A DNA stretch of 47,265 bases from a virus (lineage: Duplodnaviria > Caudoviricetes). The position numbers were made by a program, and so were the translations under genes. The notes beneath the pieces are model-generated. The model was not told the DNA's origin. It did no database searches and saw only the letters and a list, made by a program, of their open reading frames with translations. Position 1 is the stretch's first letter. Every line of letters starts with the position of its first letter. The stretch covers positions 1 through 47,265 of IMG/VR virus record IMGVR_UViG_3300010043_000004. The stretch is one strand, 5' to 3'. Of this stretch, positions 1 through 8,896 are shown piece after piece.

Positions 1-123
1 CCAGCAAGGCCTGCCATCCTCAAGTTCGTCTCGGTATCCGGTGTAATACCATTCCCCGCTGGCCCAAGTACCACCTCGTCTGTTGGTATAAGTTTGGCCC
101 CAGGCCAAGATAAAGTTAGGCGA
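1..123. repeat. Exact terminal direct repeat (copy 1); assembly circularisation overlap
   Basis: 1-123 (ccagcaaggcc...aaagttaggcga) is identical to 47143-47265 and lies inside a gene that reads through the junction. Confidence 0.97.
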
Positions 124-207
124 GCCATAACGGTTCAGTCCTCCGACTTGGTTCAGCCGCTCTTGAAAGCGTGGTGGGCACTTCAGCCGCTCTACAATTT
201 GATCCAT
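1..207 (-). CDS. 5' part of a junction-spanning hypothetical late-operon protein (MDQIVERLKCPPRFQERLNQVGGLNRYGSPNFILAWGQTY...), continuing in 46660-47142
   Basis: ATG at 207 overlaps the end of groES; the frame is open through base 1 and matches ORF 46660..47250 (AWGQTYTNRRGG). Confidence 0.85.
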   Translation of the reverse strand, partial: MDQIVERLKCPPRFQERLNQVGGLNRYGSPNFILAWGQTYTNRRGGTWASGEWYYTGYRDELEDGRPCW

Positions 208-536
208 ATGTCTTGAAAGCTGATCAGCACCAGCTTTTCATTGTCAATCATCACATCTTGAGCAGAGTAGAAAGAGAACATGATCTTATCACCGAGGCTC
301 ACACCTTCAACATCTGGCCCAACTCCTAGCACTACACCAACATTAGAAGCTGGCTTGAAAGCATCGGCAATCTGCACAGTCTGGTCTTTCTGCTCATATG
401 GCACTCTTCTCAGCAGCACTCTATCATTCAGCGGCTGTGCATGGCTGACGGCTACAGTGTGCTCAGCTCTATCCAGCACTAGATTCAGAGCTTTAGCTTT
501 GAGTGCTTTTGCATCGGCATAAGTAATGTCAGGCAC
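192..536 (-). CDS. groES: GroES/Cpn10-like co-chaperonin
   Basis: PLNDRVLLR, GVVLGVGPDV, VSLGDKIMF and LISFQDI match the Cpn10 signature; about 30 aa N-terminal extension. Confidence 0.9.
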   Translation of the reverse strand: MPDITYADAKALKAKALNLVLDRAEHTVAVSHAQPLNDRVLLRRVPYEQKDQTVQIADAFKPASNVGVVLGVGPDVEGVSLGDKIMFSFYSAQDVMIDNEKLVLISFQDIWIKL

Positions 537-822
537 TTTTCTTCCCCCAATATTTGCCTTTCAGCTCAGCAGCTGATTGGACTAAATCTCTTCTGCCAAC
601 TCGGTGAACATACTCACAGCAGCCTTCAGCTTCTACCAAGCGGAGCTTGTTTTCAGTGAGTGGCTGCTGTGAGTACCTGACCATGTTTTTTTCACTGCAA
701 CTGCCAGTTGTTTTAGACAACCGACGGTAATACTTGCAATTCTCGCACTCAAATTCACCGAGCCCCTTTTCGTTCTCATAGCCCGTATGTGGCTCACCGA
801 GAATTGCATCTTGATCAACCAT
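529..822 (-). CDS. Small Cys-rich HiPIP-like metal/Fe-S binding protein
   Basis: CENCKYY...GSC...VEAEGCC spacing resembles HiPIP; translationally coupled to MCP and groES. Confidence 0.6.
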   Translation of the reverse strand: MVDQDAILGEPHTGYENEKGLGEFECENCKYYRRLSKTTGSCSEKNMVRYSQQPLTENKLRLVEAEGCCEYVHRVGRRDLVQSAAELKGKYWGKKSA

Positions 823-2156
823 TAGTTAATTGTAGGGACAGCAGCGTTCTGAATGTAAGCACCAGCCATCATGTTCGAGTTGCAAACGTTGAATGCGGTT
901 ATATACGCCATGATATAGCTGGTAAGGTAGCTCCCAGCCCCTGCAATATCTGGTACGGGCATAACTGTTGACCCGCCGCCGAAATCATATAACTCGAGCG
1001 GGCTTGTCTCAAAAATGTACCAAGTCTGCGGTGTGATCAGATCAGCTCTACCCGGTTTCGCGGTGTAGCTGATCATCAGATTTCTATTGCAAAACGTATC
1101 AGGAAAGAATTTCTTTCCTAAGTCAATAGGTTTCTCACCGCCAACATCTTGAGCATTCACAACTTGAACGTTGTACATCAAGTTGCTAATTGCTATGCCC
1201 TGATCAGGACCTGTGTACCATATCGCTTCATCTATCGAGTCGGCATCGGGCCCGAGTGCTCTTCCCATCAGAGTCGCAGCTCTCAAGCCAATGCTCTGCG
1301 TCATTGGTCCGCCTTCGAGATCAATCGTAGGAGTAGATAGACGACCAGGAAAATTAGCCCTATTAACGCCAGCGATCGTTCCGGTATTGCCATTGTTTTG
1401 CCAATACCTTAGTCCTAGCAGAGATGAGCCAGCCGCACCAGTAGCAGCACCGCCACTGACCATAATATAGTCTCCAGCAGTGACACCTGGCGGCAGCGGA
1501 GTTGTGAACCATAAGGTGTTAGTGACAGCATCAACAAAAGAAATGACAGCCCAACCGCGAGACACACCGCCAATTGCAGGGAAAAATTGGACGACTTGCT
1601 GATCAGTGAGGCCAGCAACATTAGTCATTCCGACAATTGAGCTGATGTTAGGAGGCTGAAGAGTAGCACTGTTGATGATTGCGGTTGACGGTATCTGATC
1701 TATAGAACCAGAGCCGTCGCCGTTCATCAATCCTTCAATGCCTCTAGTGCAGCTGGCAAGACTATTCTTTAATTCTTGTGCCGAGACATTGAATAAGCCA
1801 CGCTCTCTGCCATCCGTTGCCTTCTTCGATAGCCAGGTGATTTCATTCGCAGCTTTAATAACCACAGGACTAAGCGCGAAACTGCGCCATAGTGAACCAG
1901 AGCCTCGGCCAAGTCCGTCAGCGTCTCCAGTTCCTTGAGTGATAGGAGCGCCCGCTTGTACGCGGAAAGGCACTCTAGCAGAAGGTCGCGTAGTTCCTCC
2001 ACCTTCGGTGATATTGGAACTAGGGACAGTTTTGAAATTCTTTTTAGCAAATGAATATAAGGTGTCAAACAGTGGAACTAAGTCGGGTATGTCTTTGGCA
2101 AAGGCATCTAACTCAATTGATTCAACCGCTGCTTCTTGTAATGGGTTTCCAGCCAT
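822..2156 (-). CDS. Major capsid protein
   Basis: 444 aa, downstream of portal and scaffold, GAGG SD; size and composition fit an HK97-fold coat protein. Confidence 0.85.
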   Translation of the reverse strand: MAGNPLQEAAVESIELDAFAKDIPDLVPLFDTLYSFAKKNFKTVPSSNITEGGGTTRPSARVPFRVQAGAPITQGTGDADGLGRGSGSLWRSFALSPVVIKAANEITWLSKKATDGRERGLFNVSAQELKNSLASCTRGIEGLMNGDGSGSIDQIPSTAIINSATLQPPNISSIVGMTNVAGLTDQQVVQFFPAIGGVSRGWAVISFVDAVTNTLWFTTPLPPGVTAGDYIMVSGGAATGAAGSSLLGLRYWQNNGNTGTIAGVNRANFPGRLSTPTIDLEGGPMTQSIGLRAATLMGRALGPDADSIDEAIWYTGPDQGIAISNLMYNVQVVNAQDVGGEKPIDLGKKFFPDTFCNRNLMISYTAKPGRADLITPQTWYIFETSPLELYDFGGGSTVMPVPDIAGAGSYLTSYIMAYITAFNVCNSNMMAGAYIQNAAVPTIN

Positions 2157-2305
2157 GTAAGTGCCTCAAAACGCAAACTCACCCTTACATGCCTGCGGAC
2201 TGTACATGATTGGTGGTTCTGCATTGCTTGCCTAAGCTATGCAGGTCTGCGGACAACTTACAGCTGCTCATCAGTTTTCCGACTCGAGGGTCGCGCAGCT
2301 GTCAG
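2154..2305 (-). promoter_or_regulatory. Structured 5' leader of the major capsid gene
   Basis: Stems ACAGCTGC/GCAGCTGT, CTGCAT-AGCTT/AAGC-AATGCAG, and CATGTAAG/CTTACATG, the last pairing over the start codon. Confidence 0.6.
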
Positions 2306-2312
2306 GCAGAAA

Positions 2313-2720
2313 TTAGCGGATAGTCAACCGTCCGGCCAGCTGTGGCGGGTCTGGTACTACGGTCACTTTCAGCCGCATGAAATTGACTACTAACCCAGAC
2401 GGCGAGCTGTACTGTCTATCAGGAAAAGTGATCGTGCCCAGCGGGTGGAAGGCGTCCTCTTCATTGAGGTCTGAGCCTTGCACTTCTACTTCACCCTCGG
2501 TAGCATCTTCCGGCCAAAGCACTGTGGCAATGAAGCCTCTGACACCGTGGTTCTCTACGGCTGGTGCTAAACAGACTGCTCTAGATTTCGTGCCGACACT
2601 GACGGTTTCAGCTACGAATTTTGAGTGTGCTACGCCGATTTTAGTGCCAAACATGTACTCTGGCGTCGTAGACATCGCTTGCGGTACGTTATCAGCCGGA
2701 TTCAAGCCGTAAACTGGCAT
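2313..2720 (-). CDS. Putative head decoration/virion protein, paralogue of 33495..34532
   Basis: Sits between scaffold and MCP; shares MPxY...TPxYxFG N-terminus and NFxRLxx...LAxRLxIR C-terminus with 33495..34532. Confidence 0.6.
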   Translation of the reverse strand: MPVYGLNPADNVPQAMSTTPEYMFGTKIGVAHSKFVAETVSVGTKSRAVCLAPAVENHGVRGFIATVLWPEDATEGEVEVQGSDLNEEDAFHPLGTITFPDRQYSSPSGLVVNFMRLKVTVVPDPPQLAGRLTIR

Positions 2721-3956
2721 CTAGGCCTTCTTCCAAGTCACATAACGGCCTTTGTACGGCCCAGTTGCCATCATGGCTTTACCGCTGATATAGCCAGTCA
2801 TCCAACCCGGACGTTTCTCAATTTCTGTCATAGATGGCTTTTTCATGAGCTGAACTATGCCGTTTGAATTCGGTTTTGCTGGAGCTGCGGCTACTAAGCT
2901 TGCTGCCTTGGCAGCTTTTGTGGGTGCACCGTAAAGATCTTGCACCGCACGCTTTGAAATCTCTGGAATGATGCTGTCGAGGTGAGCTTTTATGTAGACT
3001 TTAGTTCCACGGGCATCTTTCCGAGCAAGGAATGCACGTACCTGACGTTGGTAGCCCTCATCTTGAGTGAGATTGTCAAAAACATCCTGATGCACTGTGT
3101 TAGTCAGCCGCTGTCTGGCTTGTTCTGAAATCTTCATGCCTTTCAAATACGGCATGAGCGATTTTTCTACACTTCTCTGCTGATAATCATAGGTTTCTTT
3201 GCCAATTTCACCGCGAAAGAGCTTTTCTTCCTGCTGTTTGAGCTGATTCTCTCTTTCAGCCAGCTTGTCCTGCTGCGGGTTGAGCTGTTGCTGGCCGTTT
3301 TGCTCTGAGGTCTGCTTCTGCTGACCGATCCAGGCATAGATATTGCGGAGCAGTGCCTGTGCAGCTTCTGGGTTCTGGTTCTTGATGGCATCAAAAGCTT
3401 CACTCAGCCTGTCGGCAAGCTGTGCTCTCTCTAAAAAGCCGTAGAAGTGTGGTTGAACCTGCTGAGAGAAGCCATTAGGATCCATCTTGGCGAACTGCCG
3501 CATGGCATACGGCATGACCTGCTGAAAGCCTTGCGGGTAGTCTCTAGCCCAGTCATCAACAATGCTGGAATCACCAGCCTCAGCAGCTTGTTCTAAGTAT
3601 TCAGACGCTTGTACCTGCTCTCTAAGAGTAGCAATGCCGTCCACGCCGCCAACAGTATCAAGGGCAATCCGAGCCGCCTGTGCTTCTCTGGCAGTCGGAA
3701 AATGCTTAACCAAGTCGTTGTAGCTAAAATAAGCCTTGCGGAGTAGATCAGCTTCCTTAGGGTTAGTTTCTCTAAGCCTAGCAAGCGCATTCTTGACTTC
3801 TTTCAGCCCGAGTGACTGATCTTCTGCGGTCGGCTCTGGCTTTTCAGCAGGCTGCTCTGGCTCAACAGTTTCTACTGGTGCAATTTCTGAAGCAGTGTCT
3901 TCAGCTGATACTTCTTCTATCGGTTCTGCTACATCTACTGCGCCTACATCATCCAT
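2721..3956 (-). CDS. Capsid scaffolding protein
   Basis: Acidic N-terminus, helical Q-rich body and basic C-terminus; between portal and MCP. Confidence 0.7.
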   Translation of the reverse strand: MDDVGAVDVAEPIEEVSAEDTASEIAPVETVEPEQPAEKPEPTAEDQSLGLKEVKNALARLRETNPKEADLLRKAYFSYNDLVKHFPTAREAQAARIALDTVGGVDGIATLREQVQASEYLEQAAEAGDSSIVDDWARDYPQGFQQVMPYAMRQFAKMDPNGFSQQVQPHFYGFLERAQLADRLSEAFDAIKNQNPEAAQALLRNIYAWIGQQKQTSEQNGQQQLNPQQDKLAERENQLKQQEEKLFRGEIGKETYDYQQRSVEKSLMPYLKGMKISEQARQRLTNTVHQDVFDNLTQDEGYQRQVRAFLARKDARGTKVYIKAHLDSIIPEISKRAVQDLYGAPTKAAKAASLVAAAPAKPNSNGIVQLMKKPSMTEIEKRPGWMTGYISGKAMMATGPYKGRYVTWKKA

Positions 3957-3963
3957 ACTCTAC

Positions 3964-6543
3964 CTACAGACCTCCTCCGGGTGGGGCTGGTGCTGGCTGA
4001 TTGAGGTTCGGCAGCGGCGGAGCTTGCGGGATGCTCTTTCTCGCGGCTGTCTCAGTCACTTTCTGCTCAGTCTCAGCAGCATCCTGCATCCCGAAACTCA
4101 TGGGGTTAGCATTAATGCCGTACTCCTGCTGCAAGAGCTGAGCTGCGACATCATTGGGCATTCGATCAACTGCTACTGAGACTGACTTGCTGATCGGTCT
4201 GGAATTCAATTGATTATTCGGTGGCTGAAGAGCTTGAAACATAGTCATATGCTCTTGCCAGTGCAGCTTGAGATTGGCAAAAGCTAGCTGCTGAGCTTGA
4301 TTGCCATGAGCCAGCTTTCTCCCGGTGGGGCTATTCATCATGTCTACACAGGTTTGAGCTTCGGTGCTGTGATCTTCTGAGGCATCTTTAGCCACTGGGC
4401 AAGAGCTGATCTCTTCCGGCATTTGTTGCAGCTGCTGCATAAGCTGCATCATCTGAGCTTGCAGCTGCTGTGACACCGTTGGGTCAAGGCCCATAATCTG
4501 CTGAGACTGCACTATCTGCTGCTCCAGCAAGTTCACTTGCTGTTGTAGCTGCTGAAAGTCAGGATTAGGCCGCGGCTGTGGCTCTCTCTTTAACAAGATC
4601 TCAAATTCTCCTCTTTGCTTATCTACTGATTCAGCTTGTGGGACAACGAATTCCTTCAGCCCGATAGCATCTTTCAGCAGTCTGAGATTTTCCGGCAGTG
4701 AGAAGATTTGCGTGACTATCGGGCTGGTCGGAGCTTCTTGCATCAGCATCTGCACACGGCTTGATCTCTGTATCCATGTCTCCGGAAAATTGGCATCAGC
4801 CTCCGGGTAGCAGAGCACATTGCCTTTCATGTCGGCTACTTCAATAGTCATCTGAGTGCTTTGATCGGTCATCCAACTGATGCTGGTTTCACCGCGCTTC
4901 AGTCGGCATCTGGCTGCAAGCTGCACGGCTTGTCGGTGATAGCAAGCTGATGCAGCTTGCAGCCGACTCCAGGGAGTGCCCAACCTCCCTAAAGCCTGAT
5001 CTCTTTGAATAGCAATTCCGCCGACCGTATCGGAGTTTGCTTCAGCCCCGAACAAACTTGGCAGCGCTCCACTTAGTAACTCAGGGAAATCTTTAAAAAA
5101 CAGCTGCACAAAGTTGGGCAATTCCGGCTGATGCTGTGGCAGCGGCTCGGCATAGATCATCTCTTGTATCTGTCGGCCAGGAACACTTAGAAAAGGGCGT
5201 CTTTGACCCGGCACATTGTTTTGTTTGCCAAGTGCACCAACATTGAAAACTTCGCCGTCCATCCAAACGGTCGGCACCGTACGGACAAAGAAGTCGTTCA
5301 ACAAGTCTATCCAGTTGTTCAATCTCTTTTGAATCGAGAGCACTGTAGACATGAGTGCACGACGATTCGCACCGTGACCGTTGCAAGATTGCAGAACGTG
5401 CAAGTGATCATCCATGCATTCATTGCGACAGAAAGCCAGTTCATCGGCAGCATGTACAGCAAGACAGCCGTCGGGAAAGTTAGTAAGAAATTCCTCCCTG
5501 ATTTCTTCGTCTTTGACATAGAAGAAAGCAGCAGGACGTAGCCATGTATAGCTGACCGTGACCTCTCTATTGAAACTGTCACCTGTTACATACCCACCTT
5601 CTAGTGCTAGGCGAACGTTGATTCTTGAGAGCCGGTCTATCCCGATTTCACCGACTCCGCCACCAGGATGGATTTTGTCTTCAATCCACGGAAACTTAGC
5701 CTTAGCACGGCATTCATCCATGTCCCAGAAAGCGATGCAGAAATCCATATCATGAATATCATCCGCCATGATTGGGACCTTATGAGAGAGCTTGCCGAGA
5801 CACTCAACTACTTCTCTTCCACGAGGCCGACGGTTGACTTTCTGCTTAGCTGGGGTGTCAGCATCTTCTTCTGGGGCTATGCCGCGATGCTCATCATCAT
5901 CTTCAAAGCCAAATCTCTGCCCATCTAATCTGTAGGTCGTATAAAACAAGACTCTGCCGTCAGTGCACATCATGCCAGCTGCGGCACTGTGCAGTTTCTT
6001 CAAGTCATTATTCTTGGCAAAGCATTCTTTGAATTCATCCGCAGCTGCGGCCGCCGTTACATCGGGGTCATTCTCCGGGTCGGCTGGCTGAAATCTCACA
6101 TTCGGCAAGTCCCTAGTAAGAGCAGAAGTCAATATCTCACAGTGAGCGGCATAGATATTTGTCTCAAATACCTGTGCACCTTGCATCTGGGCCCACGTTT
6201 TTCCACTGGCCTGACTGAACAGTTGCCAGCCGCCGCCTCTTCTCGGGAATAAATAGTGATACCCGCGCTCAAACAATTCAGCTTCCCACGTCTGTTCTAC
6301 TTCCATACGACGGGAAGCAAGATCGCGTCTAGCACAGTTACGGCACAGCTCATAAAGATGATTCTTAGCAGCCTGAGAGAGATGAACAAAAGGTTGGTCG
6401 GTGTAGTCAAAAGATTCAAAGACGCCTAAGTTTTCTGGCTCTTCTTCATCTTCATCTTCTTCTTCCGGCTCAACATCTTCATCCCGCTCTGGCGGCTCTT
6501 CTTCCTCATCTTGAGCTTTCTGATTGGTTACGTCGTCGGCCAT
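3964..6543 (-). CDS. Portal protein (P22-like, long)
   Basis: 859 aa downstream of TerL; FQPADPENDPDVTAAAAAD, ELLSGALPSLFG, and a Q-rich C-terminal coiled coil like the P22 barrel. Confidence 0.8.
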   Translation of the reverse strand: MADDVTNQKAQDEEEEPPERDEDVEPEEEDEDEEEPENLGVFESFDYTDQPFVHLSQAAKNHLYELCRNCARRDLASRRMEVEQTWEAELFERGYHYLFPRRGGGWQLFSQASGKTWAQMQGAQVFETNIYAAHCEILTSALTRDLPNVRFQPADPENDPDVTAAAAADEFKECFAKNNDLKKLHSAAAGMMCTDGRVLFYTTYRLDGQRFGFEDDDEHRGIAPEEDADTPAKQKVNRRPRGREVVECLGKLSHKVPIMADDIHDMDFCIAFWDMDECRAKAKFPWIEDKIHPGGGVGEIGIDRLSRINVRLALEGGYVTGDSFNREVTVSYTWLRPAAFFYVKDEEIREEFLTNFPDGCLAVHAADELAFCRNECMDDHLHVLQSCNGHGANRRALMSTVLSIQKRLNNWIDLLNDFFVRTVPTVWMDGEVFNVGALGKQNNVPGQRRPFLSVPGRQIQEMIYAEPLPQHQPELPNFVQLFFKDFPELLSGALPSLFGAEANSDTVGGIAIQRDQALGRLGTPWSRLQAASACYHRQAVQLAARCRLKRGETSISWMTDQSTQMTIEVADMKGNVLCYPEADANFPETWIQRSSRVQMLMQEAPTSPIVTQIFSLPENLRLLKDAIGLKEFVVPQAESVDKQRGEFEILLKREPQPRPNPDFQQLQQQVNLLEQQIVQSQQIMGLDPTVSQQLQAQMMQLMQQLQQMPEEISSCPVAKDASEDHSTEAQTCVDMMNSPTGRKLAHGNQAQQLAFANLKLHWQEHMTMFQALQPPNNQLNSRPISKSVSVAVDRMPNDVAAQLLQQEYGINANPMSFGMQDAAETEQKVTETAARKSIPQAPPLPNLNQPAPAPPGGGL

Positions 6544-6753
6544 CTATTTTTGCAGAGAGTGATGCTCTTTGAACGCATCTTGACACTCTTTGATGGCGTC
6601 TTCCGCCATCTGCGGGTGATCAGGTGTCATAAGCACTGAGCAGTGAATGTAGTCAATGCCAGCATGATTAAAGCTGTGCACTCTGGTGCCGAGAAAAGGA
6701 TGCAATGTACAGCCCACATTGAATAGCAGCAGCAGTAAACAGAGGGCTTTCAT
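6544..6753 (-). CDS. Small predicted lipoprotein
   Basis: MKALCLLLLLFNVG-C signal peptide with lipobox; ATG overlaps the TGA of the upstream gene. Confidence 0.6.
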   Translation of the reverse strand: MKALCLLLLLFNVGCTLHPFLGTRVHSFNHAGIDYIHCSVLMTPDHPQMAEDAIKECQDAFKEHHSLQK

Positions 6754-6941
6754 CTTGAAGCTCTCATAGCATTCTGCGCGAATGTAGCTCTCTTTCTCTG
6801 CTTCGGGTCTGCTGAATTCTTCTCTTTGGCCGCCCATTCAGCAGTGCTCATGCCATGTCTTTCAGCTTGGCTCTTGAACAAGCCTTTAGTGCCTTTCTTT
6901 TCCATCCGCGAAGAAGCTTTCTGTAGAAAGTTATTTGCCAC
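6750..6941 (-). CDS. Small basic phage protein
   Basis: AAGGAG SD before GTG; KGLFKSQAERHGMS...KRATFAQN resembles small basic head-region proteins. Confidence 0.65.
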   Translation of the reverse strand: MANNFLQKASSRMEKKGTKGLFKSQAERHGMSTAEWAAKEKNSADPKQRKRATFAQNAMRASR

Positions 6942-7110
6942 TTGAGTTTCTCCTTGCTTGGCCCGCAGCTAAGCCTTTCTTGTAGCCTTTCTTCATGTGC
7001 CCCATTGCAGGATCAGCATGTAGCTCTGTCTGCATCTTGGTTTTTTCTTCTGGGTCAAGCGGTGAGCCTTTTGAGAGCAAGAACTTGACTTGCTGTCTAG
7101 TCCACGGCAT
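6931..7110 (-). CDS. Small hypothetical protein (MPWTRQQVKFLLSKGSPL..., 59 aa), absent from the ORF track
   Basis: Fills the gap between 7114..7578 and 6750..6941 with coupled start and stop. Confidence 0.7.
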   Translation of the reverse strand: MPWTRQQVKFLLSKGSPLDPEEKTKMQTELHADPAMGHMKKGYKKGLAAGQARRNSSGK

Positions 7111-7113
7111 CAG

Positions 7114-7578
7114 CTAGCCCATGTAGCCGGGAATCTGTGATCTTTTGTTGCCACCAGGGCTGGCTTGGTCAACGTTGGCTATCTCAGTGCTGGCATCTTC
7201 CGGGCTTAAGCCAGCAGCACTGCCAGCGTGCACATGAGCGGCAGCGCTGGTGGGATGGGTAGAAGAATGACGGCGGCCAGAATGAGTTGAAGTGACATTG
7301 TGGAGGTCGCCGTCGTGGCTAATCTCAATCTTGCTTGCCGGGCCATGAGAACGAACAACATCACCGATATCCATGCTAGAAATGTCGTGGTCGTCATGTT
7401 CCGGGTCCTCCTGTGAGGCATAGTCGTGGCCGGACGCTGGCCGCTCACTGCTGGCTTCAGCATCAGTCTCACCTTGAGCTTCAGACTTCGGCTCACTCTT
7501 GGGGCTGGAGCGTTCGTTGTAAGCAGTCATTTTCTGACGGTTCCCGAATGCTCTACCATCTTTGGCGCGAAATGCCAT
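7114..7578 (-). CDS. His/Ser-rich hypothetical protein
   Basis: AGGAG SD; tight operon packing. Confidence 0.7.
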   Translation of the reverse strand: MAFRAKDGRAFGNRQKMTAYNERSSPKSEPKSEAQGETDAEASSERPASGHDYASQEDPEHDDHDISSMDIGDVVRSHGPASKIEISHDGDLHNVTSTHSGRRHSSTHPTSAAAHVHAGSAAGLSPEDASTEIANVDQASPGGNKRSQIPGYMG

Positions 7579-7581
7579 AGG

Positions 7582-8259
7582 CTACTCCTTCTTTTTGCGG
7601 CGGTGATGCGCTTGCTGGGCTGCTGGCTGATCCGGCAAGCCGGAGCGGTTGTCGCCCTGAATCTGGCCTTGAGAAGCATCAGCTGCGGTCTGCCCAGTCG
7701 GTGCGCTAGTCGGGTTGGCCGTACCGATCACAAGATCCTCGGGTGGAGGAATGACCTGCGGCAGTGGGCTTCTCATCAATCGGAATTCACCGACTATGGT
7801 GGGGTCGGCAACTCCATGCGCTCTCTGCCACGCAACTTGCAGCGGTGTGTAAGCTACTTGAGCCTCAAATAGCCGCAAGCAATTGGGCTGACCACACCAC
7901 AAGATCAGAAATGGCGGGTCAGTCTGAAGTTCTCGGCAACCACAAGCCCAGAGTTTTTCAGCAGCAAATGCTATCCATTCTCTGTCGCCGGGAGTTATGT
8001 TCGGTGTAGTTGACATTGGCTTGGCTCCTTTAGTGAGCTTTTTTTTATAGAGTTCTTCCCAAACAGCGCGCTGTTTTCTGGCGCTGCTAGCTTCTTCATG
8101 AGCATTGTGAAGCTGAATTCTCAGCTGCTGATTGTCGGCAAGCAGCTCTTTGCAACGCTGTTGGAATTCATCCCGCTGCTCTTCAACGTTTTTAGTAGCT
8201 GTCAGCTGCTTTTTCTGAGTAGCTTTCTTTTCTGGTTTCTTGTGAGCCATTTTCGCCAT
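7582..8259 (-). CDS. Hypothetical protein (coiled coil plus Cys domain); probable internal start at 8016
   Basis: Open frame; AAAGGAG SD upstream of the in-frame MSTTP. Confidence 0.6.
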   Translation of the reverse strand: MAKMAHKKPEKKATQKKQLTATKNVEEQRDEFQQRCKELLADNQQLRIQLHNAHEEASSARKQRAVWEELYKKKLTKGAKPMSTTPNITPGDREWIAFAAEKLWACGCRELQTDPPFLILWCGQPNCLRLFEAQVAYTPLQVAWQRAHGVADPTIVGEFRLMRSPLPQVIPPPEDLVIGTANPTSAPTGQTAADASQGQIQGDNRSGLPDQPAAQQAHHRRKKKE

Positions 8260-8467
8260 TTCCGCCGTTTCCAGGCTTTGACGGCTCAGCAGCAGCCAGC
8301 TGCTCTAAATAGAAGCAGGTCGGGGCATGTCTCACGCGGTCAATCTCTACGCCGGCCGGGGGCGGAACTTGTCTACTGTGCACTATGCAGACCGTGACCA
8401 GCTGCTCGTTGAATGTGGCACAACCACAGCTCCAGTGCTGCTCTGGGGTGATGACGAAGACTGGCAT
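8192..8467 (-). CDS. Hypothetical protein
   Basis: GAGGAGG SD before ATG 8467; HWSCGC motif. Confidence 0.55.
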   Translation of the reverse strand: MPVFVITPEQHWSCGCATFNEQLVTVCIVHSRQVPPPAGVEIDRVRHAPTCFYLEQLAAAEPSKPGNGGNGENGSQETRKESYSEKAADSY

Positions 8468-8817
8468 TCCGCCTCCTCTTCTTCTTTTTTTAAGATTTGG
8501 TTGTGAGCTTGCAATGCTTCAGCCCAGTGGCTTGACGGTAAGCTGAAGTCTGTGGTTGATTGCTGTCTCTGAAAAGCTTCTCTACGTGCTTGATATTCTG
8601 GAGTAGTTCTTTCAAGCTGTGGATTCAGAGCCAGCTCTAGTTTTTCCAACTTTTTCCACAGCAGGGCTTTTTCAGCTCTTAATTCTCTGATCTCAGCCTG
8701 ATACTCCAGACGGCATCTAATCAGCTCATTTTGCAATAACCTAACGAACTTGCTTGTAAGCAAATCCGAGAAGAATTCTCTGAGCTTGTATGCTATTGAC
8801 TTCTCTTCACTGATCAT
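8383..8817 (-). CDS. Coiled-coil hypothetical protein
   Basis: Follows TerL in the operon; heptad pattern. Confidence 0.6.
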   Translation of the reverse strand: MISEEKSIAYKLREFFSDLLTSKFVRLLQNELIRCRLEYQAEIRELRAEKALLWKKLEKLELALNPQLERTTPEYQARREAFQRQQSTTDFSLPSSHWAEALQAHNQILKKEEEEAECQSSSSPQSSTGAVVVPHSTSSWSRSA

Positions 8818-8869
8818 GAAAAGATGTGTCTATTCAAGTTCTCTCACAATGGTGTCTTTGATGGGCTTG

Positions 8870-8896
8870 AAACCCCGGCTGCCAAGCTGGGGTTTT
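8870..8896 (-). terminator. Hairpin directly after the terL stop
   Basis: AAACCCCAGCT-TGGC-AGCCGGGGTTT; weak U tail. Confidence 0.4.

Noticed and set aside
1-123. Terminal repeat as a biological direct terminal repeat
   Set aside because: It falls inside a continuous gene and has the size of an assembler overlap; it shows circular completeness only
2262-2302. Hammerhead ribozyme (CTGATGA and GAAA on the - strand)
   Set aside because: GAAA lies directly before CTGATGA with no stems I/III or NUH site between them, so the topology does not fit
8245-8275. GGAAATGGCG-like repeats shared with 19440-19472
   Set aside because: Explained by low-complexity GNGGN coding tails; too short to imply a common element
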